Part shown: in pieces, positions 28,470-38,508 of the stretch
Layout of the letters: the number at the start of each line of letters is the position of its first letter
How positions within the stretch are numbered: position 1 is the stretch's first letter
From: Dehalococcoidia bacterium
Lineage (GTDB): Bacteria > Chloroflexota > Dehalococcoidia > Bin125
Direction of reading: 5' to 3'
Assembly: GCA_963662615.2 (NCBI GenBank)
Contig: CAXXSR010000001.1
Coordinates: 1,856,001 to 1,920,000, forward strand
Length of the DNA: 64,000 bases
Notes under the pieces: generated by a model
Told to the model about the DNA's origin: nothing
The model's input: the letters and a program-made list of their open reading frames with translations, nothing else
The model's database searches: none
Translations under genes and position numbers: made by a program

Positions 28470-30329
28470 GTGGCGACGCAATCGAAGCAACCGCAGGGTG
28501 CGCCCAGCCAAGACAGCGCCGGCGCGCAGGCGTACAAACCCATCGAAAATTACGGCGTCATCGGCGACCTGCATACCGTCGCGCTCGTTGGCATTGACGG
28601 TTCCATCGACTGGTGCTGCCTCCCCCACTTTGATTCACCCAGCGTCTTCGCTTCCATTCTGGATGCCCGCATCGGCGGCTTCTTCAAGATCGCCCCCGTC
28701 GCTCCCACCGTCCAAAAGCAGATGTACCTCCCCGAGACCAACGCCCTCACCACCCGCTTCCTCGGTCGCGACGGCGTGGGAGAGATCATCGACTTAATGC
28801 CCATCGGGAGCGATGCCGCGGAGCCTGCCTAAGGCCGCCAGATCCTGCGCCGAGTCCGCGTCGTGCGAGGAGCCCTGCGCTTCAAGATCGAGTGCCGTCC
28901 CGCCTTCGATTACGCGCGGGCCAAGCACACTCTGACGCTGCAAACGGACGGCGCGATCTTTAGCTGGGACGGCGGACGCCTGGGCCTCACCTCCCCCCGG
29001 CCGCTCACCGCCCGCGGCGACGGCGTGGAGGCGGAGTTCGTCCTCCAGGGCGGGGAGAGCCTCACCTTCCTCCTCCGACATGCGCTGCCCGGCAGCGACG
29101 TCCCTCCGATCGATCCCGCCTTCAACAGCGACCAGGCGCTCGAGGACACCGACCGCTTCTGGCGCCGCTGGCTCTCCGGCGTCCGCTACCAGGGTCGCTG
29201 GCGTGAAACGGTCGCGCGCTCTGCCCTGACGCTGAAGTTGCTGACCTTCGCCCCCTCCGGCGCCATCGTCGCCGCGCCAACGACGAGCCTCCCCGAGGAG
29301 ATCGGCGGCGTGCGCAATTGGGACTACCGCTATACCTGGATTCGGGACGCGGCCTTCACCGTCTACGGCTTCATTCGCCTCGGACTCACGCGCGAGGCGG
29401 ACCAGTTCATGCACTGGATCGACGCCCGCGCCCAGGAAGAAGCCTCCGACGGCTCTCTCCAGACCATGTACCGCATCACCGGCGACCACGAACTCGCCGA
29501 AGAGCATCTCGACCACCTAGAGGGCTACCGTGGCTCCTCGCCGGTCCGGATTGGCAATGCCGCCTCCCAGCAGTTGCAACTCGACATCTACGGGGAATTG
29601 ATGGACGCCGTCTACCTGTCTAACAAATACGGCAGGCCGATCTCGCACGACCTCTGGCAGCACCTGCGCCGCCTGCTAGACCACGTCGTTCACAACTGGA
29701 GCCGGAAGGATGACGGGATTTGGGAAGTCAGAGGGGGACGGCAGCACTTCGTCTATTCGAAATTGATGTGCTGGGTCGCTCTGGACCGCGGCATCCGGCT
29801 CACCGACAAGCGCAGCTTCCCTGGGGATCGCGATCTGTGGCGGAGGGCACGCGACGCCATCTATGAGGAGATCATGGTGAAGGGCTAGCACGAAGAGAAA
29901 CGGCGCTTCGTCCAGCACTATGACACCGACGCTCTCGACGCGAGCAACCTGATGATGCCGTTGACCTTTTTCATCTCACCCACGGATCCGCGTATGCTCG
30001 CCACTCTTGACGCCACCCTCGACACCCTCGTCTCGGACAGCCTCGTCTACCGCTATCAGATCGGGACCGGCGCATCGGACGGACTGACCGGCCAAGAGGG
30101 AACGTTCTCCATGTGTACCTTCTGGCTCATTGAGGCGCTGACGCGCAGCGGACGGTTGGAGGAGGCAAGGCAGATGTTCGAAAATATCCTCACCTACGCC
30201 AACCATCTCGGTCTGTACGCGGAAGAGATCGGCCCCAGCGGCGAGGCCCTCGGCAACTTTCCCCAAGCGTTCACCCACATGGGTTTGATTAGTGCCGCCT
30301 TCAACCTGGATCGCGCCCTCGACGGCTGA
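28470..30329 (+). pseudogene. Glycoside hydrolase family 15 (glucoamylase/trehalase-like) with two in-frame stops
   Basis: Three same-frame ORFs separated by TAA (28830-28832) and TAG (29886-29888); motifs '[22 protein letters not shown]', 'QLDIYGE', 'GIWEVRG', 'GNFPQAFTH'. Confidence 0.9.
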
Positions 30330-30519
30330 GCGCTCGCCGCGCCGCCAGCCTCCCTTCGGCCACGTGGCCGGGCACGCTACCCTCCCCTCACTCTGTCTCC
30401 AGGCGCCGCTACGGCCGCGATGAACTTCGCACCGGATCGCCCCCTGAGGAGGGCCCATAATGCAGATCGCCCCACACGGTCCCCACCTGGGGGGCGGGGG
30501 ATGATCCACGACGAACGAG

Positions 30520-31108
30520 GTGATCCCCGTGCCCTCCTTCAGTGTTGACTTCTCCCATCAAGTGATCCTGGTGACCGGAGCCACGGGCCGCCTCGGGCAG
30601 GCCGTCACCCGCTCCCTCCTGCAGGCCGGCGCCGAGGTCGTCCCGGTCGTCCGCAACGCCGACTCCCTGCGCGGCGCCTTCCCTCAACTCTCGCGCGACG
30701 GCCACTACCTCGCCGAGAGCGTCGATGTGACCGACCCCGACTCCTTTGACGTCGCGATCCAAGGCACGCTCGATCGATTCGGCCAGATCGATGGCCTCAT
30801 GCACACGGTCGGCGGCTACCACGCCGATCACCTCGTCCACGAAACCCCCCTGGACGATTGGGACGCCATGCACACACGCAACGCCCGCTCCACCTTCGTG
30901 GCCTGCCGGGGGGTGTTGCCACCCATGCTGGCGCGCGGCTCCGGCAAGATCGTCTGCGTCGCCGCCCGCTCCGCGCTGCAGGCGGACGGCCGCGAATCCC
31001 GGGCGCTGGGTGCCGCCCGAACAGATCGCCGACGTCATGCTCTTTCTCGCCTCCGACGCGGCACGAGCGATCAACGGCGCCGCAATCCCCGTCTACGGGC
31101 GGACGTAG
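30520..31108 (+). pseudogene. SDR oxidoreductase with internal deletion/frameshift near 30990
   Basis: TGATGRLG N-terminus; after 'AARSALQA' the YxxxK segment is missing and the tail 'WVPPEQIADVMLFLASDAARAINGAAIPVYG' is in another frame. Confidence 0.85.
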
Positions 31109-31120
31109 CGCCAGAGGAAG

Positions 31121-31345
31121 CCGTTCGCCCTGACCTGTCCTTCACGCAGCGAAGGAGCCTGCCCGTCCGGATCCTGTCGAAGGGTCGAGCGCGAACCGCC
31201 TCTGCCCCTCTCCATCCTTCCCCTGGAAGGAGAGAGAGGGGGCCTGAGCCCAGCCCCGCGCTCCAACGACGAACACCGGTGACCGCCACCCGGCCCCATC
31301 GCCCAGGGCGGGTGGGTGGGACAAAAAACAAGGGGCGGGGGGAGG
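31121..31345 (+). repeat. Composite repeat cluster (families A, C-like, D)
   Basis: ccgttcgccctgacctgtccttc..gaaggagcctg; ccctctc..gagaggg hairpin; gggtgggacaaaaaacaagggg. Confidence 0.75.
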
Positions 31346-31368
31346 CCGTTCCTCGCGCGCCCGCGCCT

Positions 31369-32442
31369 TCAGGAGCGGCCCTCGCCCGCCACCGAGCCGG
31401 CGCTCGATGTTCCTTCTGGCGAAGCGCCGCGGCGGAGGGGAGCGCCCATCGCGTGCAGGAAGCGCAGGATGTCGGCGTACGTGCGGAGCAGACTGCTCTC
31501 CCGGTACTCGACCCCCCGCGCCTCGCAGAACGGACGCACCAGCTCGCGTGCCTCCCGCAGCTTGTTGCGAGGCATCGACGGGAACAGGTGATGCTCAATC
31601 TGATAGTTCAGACCACCGAGGACGAAGTCCGTCACCGGATGAGGGGTGACGTTGCGGGTCGTGCTGACTTGGCGGCGCACGAAATCGACGTCGGGCTGGC
31701 CCGTCAGCGTGGGCATTCCCTTGTGGTTCGTGGCGAAGGTGGAGCCCATGTACAGGCCGAAGAGCGCTTGGTGGATGGCCAAGAACGCGAGCGCCTCCCA
31801 GACGCTCAAGAAGACGAAGAGGAGGCTCAAGTACAGCGCCAGATGCGCCAGCAGCAGCGCCACTTGCAGGCGCCGTCGCCGCACGCGCGCGCTCCGCAGG
31901 TGGCCAATTGTGTGCATGCGCATATTCACAATGCCAAACGTGAACAGCGGCACAATGAAAAACGCTTGGTGCTTGACGACGAACCGCGGCACCGCGCCCC
32001 GGATGCGCCGCGCCTGCAGCGGTGAAAAGGCGAAGATCGGAAACTGCACATCAGGATCGGAGTCCAGATCGTTGGGGTTCCGATGGTGAGCGTTATGCTT
32101 GCTCACCCACCAGCTCGCGCTCACCCCCAGCAACAGATTGCCGATCCCCAGGTTGAGGACCTCGTTCATCCGCGCCCCGCGTCCCACCTGCCGATGCCCG
32201 GCGTCATGGCCCAGGAACCCCAGCTGCGTGGACACGAAGGCGAAAAAGGCCGCGTTGATGATCTGCACCCACCACTGATCCACCATCACGACAATCGCCA
32301 CGCCGGTCGCCGCCAAGGCCAAGGTGGAGACGAATTTAAACGCGTAATAGCGCGGCTGCGACTCCAGCAAGCCGCGCTCGCGGACAGCCTCGCGCAAGGC
32401 AGCGAAGTCCGGAATCGCTGCCGCCGCCGTCGCTGATGTCAT
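31369..32442 (-). CDS. Membrane fatty acid (acyl-lipid/acyl-CoA) desaturase
   Basis: His boxes HDAGH, HNAHH, QIEHH (front-end-type third box). Confidence 0.95.
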   Translation of the reverse strand: MTSATAAAAIPDFAALREAVRERGLLESQPRYYAFKFVSTLALAATGVAIVVMVDQWWVQIINAAFFAFVSTQLGFLGHDAGHRQVGRGARMNEVLNLGIGNLLLGVSASWWVSKHNAHHRNPNDLDSDPDVQFPIFAFSPLQARRIRGAVPRFVVKHQAFFIVPLFTFGIVNMRMHTIGHLRSARVRRRRLQVALLLAHLALYLSLLFVFLSVWEALAFLAIHQALFGLYMGSTFATNHKGMPTLTGQPDVDFVRRQVSTTRNVTPHPVTDFVLGGLNYQIEHHLFPSMPRNKLREARELVRPFCEARGVEYRESSLLRTYADILRFLHAMGAPLRRGASPEGTSSAGSVAGEGRS

Positions 32443-32454
32443 GCGGCGCCCCCT

Positions 32455-32700
32455 CCGCTCACCCTGACCCTGCCTGTCCTGACCAGTCCTTCCGTCCTCG
32501 GAAGGAGCTTGCCGAAGGGCCCCAGGGTCCTGCCCAGCCTACCTGTCCTGACCGGCCCTTGCCTTCCTGGGAAGGAGCCTGCCGAAGGGCCCGTCCGGAT
32601 CTCAGCGCAACGGTCCCAGGACCAACGGCATCAACCACCGGCCACCCCGTCCGCCCAGGGCGGACGGGTGGGACCAAAGACAAGGAGTGGCGGGAGGCGG
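32455..32700 (+). repeat. Degenerate composite repeat cluster (families A, D)
   Basis: ccgctcaccctga.., tccttcc..ggaaggagcttgccgaaggg, gggtgggaccaaagacaagg. Confidence 0.7.
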
Positions 32701-33104
32701 CGCCGGGTCCCCACTCGCTCTTCGCCCACCGCATGCCGCTCTTCTTCCCCGCCTCGGCGACCGCCTTCACGGTCGGTTCGGAGCCGGACCTGGCCGGGGC
32801 CCTCCCGATTCTTCGGAGAACGGTACGCGGTGGACTGGGTACGCTCAACGGCGCGGCCCGCCATCGACGCCATCCATCCCCTCGCGGCGGGAGCCCCGAC
32901 GTTGGCGCCGCCACGGTCGCGAATAATCACCTGGGAGTTGGTCGAAATGGCCTCAACTCGGAACGCCCTGGGCGCATTACCGTCCGGCACATCGCTCCGA
33001 ATGGGCGCCCAGATCGACGCCCAGATTCACGCCCAGATGGACCCGATGCCACCCAGTTCATCGCTCCGCTCCGGCCTGGATACGCCCCTGACCCCGTCTC
33101 GATC

Positions 33105-33472
33105 GCGCCCCGCCCCCGTTCGTCCTGACCTGTCCTTCCCTTCGCGGAAGGAGCCTGCCGCAGGTCCTTCTGCGACCGCAGGGAGCCGAAGGATCGAAGG
33201 GCGAACCGTGAACGGCGCCCCGCCCCCGTTCGTCCTGACCTGTCCTTCCCTTCGCGGAAGGAGCCTGCCGCAGGTCCTTCTGCGACCGCAGGGAGCCGAA
33301 GGATCGAAGGGCGAACCGTGAACGGCGCCCCGCCCCCGTTCGTCCTGAGCTTGCCGAAGGACGACCCCCCGCGAACCCCGGCCCGTTCGTCCTGACCTGT
33401 CCTTCCCTTTGCGGAAGGAGCCTGCCGCAGGTCCTTCTGCGACCGCAGGGATCCGAAGGATCGAAGGGTCGA
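33105..33472 (+). repeat. Family A array with 110-bp period showing long and short forms
   Basis: Two identical 110-bp units, one insert-free core (33335-33365) and a fourth long copy. Confidence 0.95.
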
Positions 33473-33663
33473 TGGGCCAAGGACCAGCGGGGAGCCTATC
33501 GGGGGCCACGCCAGGAACGGGCGCGATCACGCGGACGCGCGCCGCCGGGACCACTGTCGTGAAAATGAAGAAGACCGGCCTGCATTGGCTCCCGCCAGGC
33601 CGGTCCCTACCTCAGGTCTGTTGGGCTGCGCTCAGAGGACCGCAGCCCGCCGGACGTTCCATC

Positions 33664-33975
33664 CTACCAGCGACGACCGCCGCCGCCACCACCGCCCCCA
33701 CCGCCACCGCCACCGCCACCACCACGGTCCTCCCGCGGTCGTGCCTCATTTACCCGCAGGGCACGCCCCTGCATCTCGTGTCCGTTTAACCCATCAATCG
33801 CCTTGGTGGCGTCACCGGGCTGCATCTCAACGAAGCCGAAGCCCCGCGGTCGACCGGTGTCCCGGTCTGTTGGGAGCGCGCACGAAAGCACTTCGCCGTA
33901 TGCCGCAAATAGCGCCCGCACCTCTTCATCCGTGGCGGTGAAGGGTAAATTGCCTACGTAAATCTTCTGAACCAA
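33664..33975 (-). CDS. RRM RNA-binding protein with Gly-rich tail
   Basis: RNP2 IYVGNL, RNP1 RGFGFVEM, 'LRVNEARPRE', poly-Gly. Start 33975 (TTG) or 33993. Confidence 0.95.
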   Translation of the reverse strand: MVQKIYVGNLPFTATDEEVRALFAAYGEVLSCALPTDRDTGRPRGFGFVEMQPGDATKAIDGLNGHEMQGRALRVNEARPREDRGGGGGGGGGGGGGGGGRRW

Positions 33976-34180
33976 CTTCTGACTCTCTCTCACCGGCTCG
34001 CACCGGCGCCTCTAGCTGCGAGAATCGCAGCTCCATACTGGTACCGCAGAGTCGGCTGCGAGTCGTGCGGGAGAAGACGGCCGCGGTCGAGCCTGGGGCT
34101 GCGCTCATGGCTGAGCGTGCTCTCAGGGTAGCACGATGGCAACCGCCCACGCTCCACGGCCGGTCGCGGACCGCCATCAT

Positions 34181-34653
34181 CCGTTCGTCCTGACCTGTCC
34201 TTCCCACCTGGGAAGGCACCTGTCAAAGGGTCGAGGGACGAACGCGACATCGCCTAGACCATGAACCCTCGGCGCGAGCGGCCACGAACGTCGCGCTCCT
34301 TCGCACCCGCTGCGAGCGCGCGTGGAAAAAACCGTTCGTCCTGACCTGTCCTTCCCTCTTGGGAAGGAGCCCGTCGAAGTACGAACCCCCTTCTCCACTC
34401 CCTCATCCCCCTCTCCATCGCTCGCCCATCGAGAGGGGGTCAGGGGGTGAGGTGCCCAACCCGCTCACCCTGAACTTGCCTGTCCTGAGCCTGCCGAAGG
34501 GTCGAAGGGTCACCCTGACCTGTCCTTCCCTCCTGGGAAGGAGCCTGTCGAAGGACGAACGCCGACATCGCCCGGAGCATGAACCCTCGGCGCGAGCGGC
34601 CACCAACGTCGCGCTCCTTCACACCCGCCGCGAGCGCGCGTGGAAAAAAACCG
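34181..34653 (+). repeat. Composite repeat cluster (A-B-A-C-A-A-B)
   Basis: Family A cores at ~34181, 34332, 34461, 34510; family B at ~34262 and 34579; family C at ~34407. Confidence 0.9.
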
Positions 34654-34768
34654 CGCTCCCCGCGGATGCGCCCTCTACCTCCGCGCCGTATCATGCCATC
34701 GCTTCATCAGCAGCAGCTTCACCGGCAGCTGCTGCATCAGCAGCAAAGTTCCGGAAGGGTGTGAGGCC

Positions 34769-35968
34769 ATGGCGAGCAACAGAGGCGTTGCCTACATCAA
34801 GCCTGGTGTCGTGGAGGTCCGCGACATCGACGAGCCGGCGCTGACGCTCGGCGATCGCACCTGTGAGCACGGCGTGATCCTCAAGGTCATCTCCACCAAC
34901 ATCTGTGGATCGGATCAGCATATGGTTCGGGGACGGACCACCGCCCCCGAAGGGCTGATCCTGGGACACGAGATCACCGGCGAAGTGATCCAGCGCGGCC
35001 GCGACGTGGAGTTCATCAACGTCGGCGATCTCGTCTCCGTGCCTTTCAACATCGCCTGCGGTCGCTGCCGCAACTGCAAAGAACGGCTGACGGGCGTCTG
35101 CCTCAACGTCAACCCCGCCCGCCCCGGCGCCGCCTACGGCTACGTCGACATGGGCGGCTGGATCGGTGGGCAGGCCAACTACGTCATGGTCCCCTACGCG
35201 GACTTCAACCTGCTCAAGCTGCCGCCCAAAGACGAGACCATGGCCAAGATCCTGGATCTGACCTTGCTGTCGGACATCCTCCCAACCGGATTCCACGGCG
35301 CTTACAAGGCGGGCGTCGGTCCCGGCTCTACCGTCTACGTCGCCGGCGCCGGTCCCGTCGGCCTCGCCTGTGCGGCGTCCTGCCAGCTCATGGGCGCGGC
35401 CGTCGTCATCGTCGGCGATCTGATCGACGAGCGCTTGGCCCAGGCCCGCAGCTTCGGCTGCGCCACCGTCGACCTCAAGCAACCTGCCACCCTCGCCGAA
35501 CAGATCGATCAGATCCTCGGCCTGCCCGAAGTCGACTCCGCCGTCGACTGCGTCGGCTTCGAAGCGCGCGGGCACGGCGCCCAGGCCCAGGAAGAGCACC
35601 CCGCCACCGTCCTCAACTCCCTCATGGAAGTCACCCGCGCCGGCGGCGGCGTCGGCATCCCCGGCCTCTACGTCACCGGGGACCCGGGCGCCGCCACCGA
35701 GGCCGCCAGGGAAGGGCGGCTCGTCATCCGCATCGGCCTGGGCTGGGCCAGGAGCCATTCCTTCTACACCGGACAGTGCCCCGTCATGAGCTGCAACCGC
35801 CAGCTCATGCAGGCCATCCTCCACGACAGGATCCAGATCGCGAAGGCGGTCAACGCCACCGTCATCTCGCTGGACGCAGCGCCCGCCGGCTATCAAGACT
35901 TCGACCGCGGCGCCGCCAAAAAATACGTCCTCGACCCCCACGGCGACGTGGCCAAAGCGGTCGCCTAA
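34769..35968 (+). CDS. fdhA: Glutathione-independent formaldehyde dehydrogenase
   Basis: 'NRGVAY', 'TNICGSDQHMVRGRT', GHE, C-GRC-RNC zinc site, 'GAAYGYVDMG', 'LSDILPTG', 'GIPGLYV', 'GQCPV'. Confidence 0.95.
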   Translation: MASNRGVAYIKPGVVEVRDIDEPALTLGDRTCEHGVILKVISTNICGSDQHMVRGRTTAPEGLILGHEITGEVIQRGRDVEFINVGDLVSVPFNIACGRCRNCKERLTGVCLNVNPARPGAAYGYVDMGGWIGGQANYVMVPYADFNLLKLPPKDETMAKILDLTLLSDILPTGFHGAYKAGVGPGSTVYVAGAGPVGLACAASCQLMGAAVVIVGDLIDERLAQARSFGCATVDLKQPATLAEQIDQILGLPEVDSAVDCVGFEARGHGAQAQEEHPATVLNSLMEVTRAGGGVGIPGLYVTGDPGAATEAAREGRLVIRIGLGWARSHSFYTGQCPVMSCNRQLMQAILHDRIQIAKAVNATVISLDAAPAGYQDFDRGAAKKYVLDPHGDVAKAVA

Positions 35969-35981
35969 ACACGCGCCTGCA

Positions 35982-36068
35982 TCCGCTCACCCTGAGCCCG
36001 CCGAAGGGCGAGGCTTCCTCCTCCCCCTCTCCATCGCTCACCGATGGAGAGGGGGAGGGGGGTGAGGT
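35982..36068 (+). repeat. Family A + family C hairpins between convergent genes (possible terminator)
   Basis: ccgctcaccctgagcccgccgaaggg; ctccccctctccatcg-ctcac-cgatggagagggggag. Confidence 0.8.
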
Positions 36069-36125
36069 GCACAAACCACTCGCCCTGCCACTCTTCGCAG
36101 CGTCACTCTTCGGAGGGCTGCCGCC

Positions 36126-37130
36126 TCACACCTTGGCCAACTTGATGTAGCGACCCCCAATCAGCCACTCCGACACATAGAGGTTCCCCTCGGCGTCCGC
36201 CGCCAGCGCGTGCGGGCCGTTGAACTTCCCCGGCCTCAGCCGATTCGTGCGCATGGGAACGCCGTCCCCATCCAGCATGTTCGGCCACCCTGGCTCGTCG
36301 CCCACTTCGTGATTGTCGCCCAGGTACATGACCAGCTTGTCGTCCAAGTCCAGCACCGCCAGCCGGGCGTGCAGCTCCGCCACCACCAGATGCTCGCCGA
36401 CGCGCGCGAAGGCCGTGGGGCTGATCAGGAAATCCGAACCGAAGCTGCGCTTGTAACGGCCCTCCAGGTCGTAGACCTGGATGCGCGCGTTCGATCGATC
36501 GGCGATGTACAACTCCGGCTCCGCCTTCCGCGTGTCGATCCAGATCGCGTGGGGGCAAGCGAACGCGCCCGCCTTACCCTCGTCGCCGTTGATGCTGGCG
36601 ACGTACTCGCCACCCTTTGTGAACCGATGAATGTGGTTCTGCCCGTAGCCGTCGGTGACCCACACGTCATCGTCGCCCCCGTCCCCCGACGCATACACCG
36701 CCACCTGCGTCGGCGAATACGTGCCCGGCTTGTAGATCGGCAGCTCCGGCAGCACCAGCTCCATCTCGGTCGTCCCATCCAGCGCCGTCTTGATCACATG
36801 GCCGGCCTTCGGGCCCCAGTTGAAGTCGTACCCCTGATCGGGGTCCCGCTTGCGTCCAATGTCCGCAACCCACAGGCACTCCTTGGATCCGTCGCTGCAG
36901 ATCGTGATCCCGTGCGCCTCGCGGATCGGCAGATCCCAGCGCCGCAGCAGCGCACCGTCCCTACTCAGCTCCAGCACCGTGGGATTGGCGGGATGGAACG
37001 TCACCAGGGTCCCGCTCGCGGTCAGCGCCATGCCGTGGTGCGCCCAACCCCGCTTCGCCGCCTCTCGATCCGGGATCTCGGCGAAATCCTCAATCCATTC
37101 GTAGGTGAACTCTCCGCTGCCAATTCGCAT
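36126..37130 (-). CDS. NHL-repeat beta-propeller protein
   Basis: 'VTDGYG..IHRF', 'F.CPHAI', 'YIADRSN.RIQV', 'FNGPHALA.D..GNLYV.EW'. Confidence 0.88.
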   Translation of the reverse strand: MRIGSGEFTYEWIEDFAEIPDREAAKRGWAHHGMALTASGTLVTFHPANPTVLELSRDGALLRRWDLPIREAHGITICSDGSKECLWVADIGRKRDPDQGYDFNWGPKAGHVIKTALDGTTEMELVLPELPIYKPGTYSPTQVAVYASGDGGDDDVWVTDGYGQNHIHRFTKGGEYVASINGDEGKAGAFACPHAIWIDTRKAEPELYIADRSNARIQVYDLEGRYKRSFGSDFLISPTAFARVGEHLVVAELHARLAVLDLDDKLVMYLGDNHEVGDEPGWPNMLDGDGVPMRTNRLRPGKFNGPHALAADAEGNLYVSEWLIGGRYIKLAKV

Positions 37131-37267
37131 CGCTCCATCCTTCCAGCCAATGCAGCGCCATGTCTCGGCGCACCCGGATCAATGAGGGCCACAACCGCCA
37201 TCACCGCCCCATGAAAGCGCCACCGGCCCATGAAACCACCGCCCCATGAAACCACAGCGGCGGCCAT

Positions 37268-38146
37268 TCATCGACGGCCGGCCAGCCGCAGGCCTTCCTC
37301 CAGCGCTGACGTGTCGCGCACCGGCGGCGCCATGATGATCCGGAAGCCCTGCTCCAGTCGCATCGCCACATCATCCACTGTCGCGCCCACGGCACACGGA
37401 ACATCAAACTCCTGGCATGCGGCCAGGATCTGCAGCAGGCTCGCTTGCACCTCGGGATGTCGCGAGTCGCCGCGAAAGCCCATCTCCACCGACAGGTCGC
37501 CCGGCCCGGCCCAGATCGCGCCAATGCCCCGGACCTCTCGCAAAATCTCGCGAAGATTGCGGATCCCCTCCGGATCTTCCACGATTCCCATCAGCAGCAC
37601 GTTGCCATCGGGATCCAGCGGCCACAGGTCCGCGGCGTCGTAGTACTCCTGCGTCGTCAGCCCCCAGTACCGATGCGCGCTGCGCGACCACCACCCGCGC
37701 TGGCCCGCCGGCTCAAAGTCCGCCACCCCGGGGACCTGCGGATACCGCGCCGCCACCGCCGCCGCGCGCGCATCCTCCACCGTGCTCACGTGGGGCACCA
37801 CCAGCCCGTACGCGCCGGCGTCCAACGTCTGCTTGATGATCCACTGGTTCTGCTCCCGAGCGTTCGGGGGCACTCGCACCATCGGGATCACGTCCGGCTG
37901 CACGCTCCCCTTCTCCGCGATCCGCTTCCGATTCAGCAGGTACTGGAGCGAGACGCGAAGCGTGGGGAAGCTCAGCCCTTCATGCTCCATCTCAATGATC
38001 GCCATGTCATAGCGGGACTCCGCCAGCAACATCAGCTCGTCCAGGTCGCCGTTCCGGACGATCTCGGAGCTGAACACCGGCTTGCCCTGCTCCAGCAGCT
38101 CGATCACCTTGTTGTAGCGAATCTTGCCGGGCATCGTCTTCACCAT
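37268..38146 (-). CDS. HpcH/HpaI aldolase family protein
   Basis: 'EMEH', 'PMVRVP', 'LDAGAYG..VPHV', 'E', 'GPGDLS'. Start 38146 or 38134. Confidence 0.9.
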   Translation of the reverse strand: MVKTMPGKIRYNKVIELLEQGKPVFSSEIVRNGDLDELMLLAESRYDMAIIEMEHEGLSFPTLRVSLQYLLNRKRIAEKGSVQPDVIPMVRVPPNAREQNQWIIKQTLDAGAYGLVVPHVSTVEDARAAAVAARYPQVPGVADFEPAGQRGWWSRSAHRYWGLTTQEYYDAADLWPLDPDGNVLLMGIVEDPEGIRNLREILREVRGIGAIWAGPGDLSVEMGFRGDSRHPEVQASLLQILAACQEFDVPCAVGATVDDVAMRLEQGFRIIMAPPVRDTSALEEGLRLAGRR

Positions 38147-38427
38147 CCGTCTCGGCGCACGGGCGTCCCCCACCTCGCGACGGTCCCTGTCCGCCTCCGT
38201 CCCCATGGCGGCCGGCGACGGCGCCGTAGTCCCCCGCGATCATGGGGAAGGACCGTGGGGAGGCTAGCCTCCACGCTGCCGCTATGCCAATCGCAGCCGC
38301 AGCCACAGCAACCACAGCCGCAGCCACTACCTCCTGGCCTACCTGCGATAGCCGCTGACTTGCACCCGATCACCAAGCGCCGAGATCGCCATCGCGACGC
38401 GGGGGAGTTCGCGGCATCAAGCGCCCA

Positions 38428-38456
38428 TTGAGTCAGGGCGAAGCCCGACCTATACT
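38428..38456 (+). promoter_or_regulatory. Sigma70-type promoter for cyclase gene
   Basis: TTGAGT-N17-TATACT, 52 bp upstream of the ATG with AAAGGA RBS. Confidence 0.6.
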
Positions 38457-38508
38457 CCCGCCCTCGCCACATCCGGACAGAGAAAGCCAGCAGAGAAAGG
38501 AATGGGTC

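Noticed and set aside
30990-32025. 501-aa ORF 30520-32025 as a real long protein
   Set aside because: Beyond ~30990 it is frameshift read-through across repeats and antisense to the desaturase.
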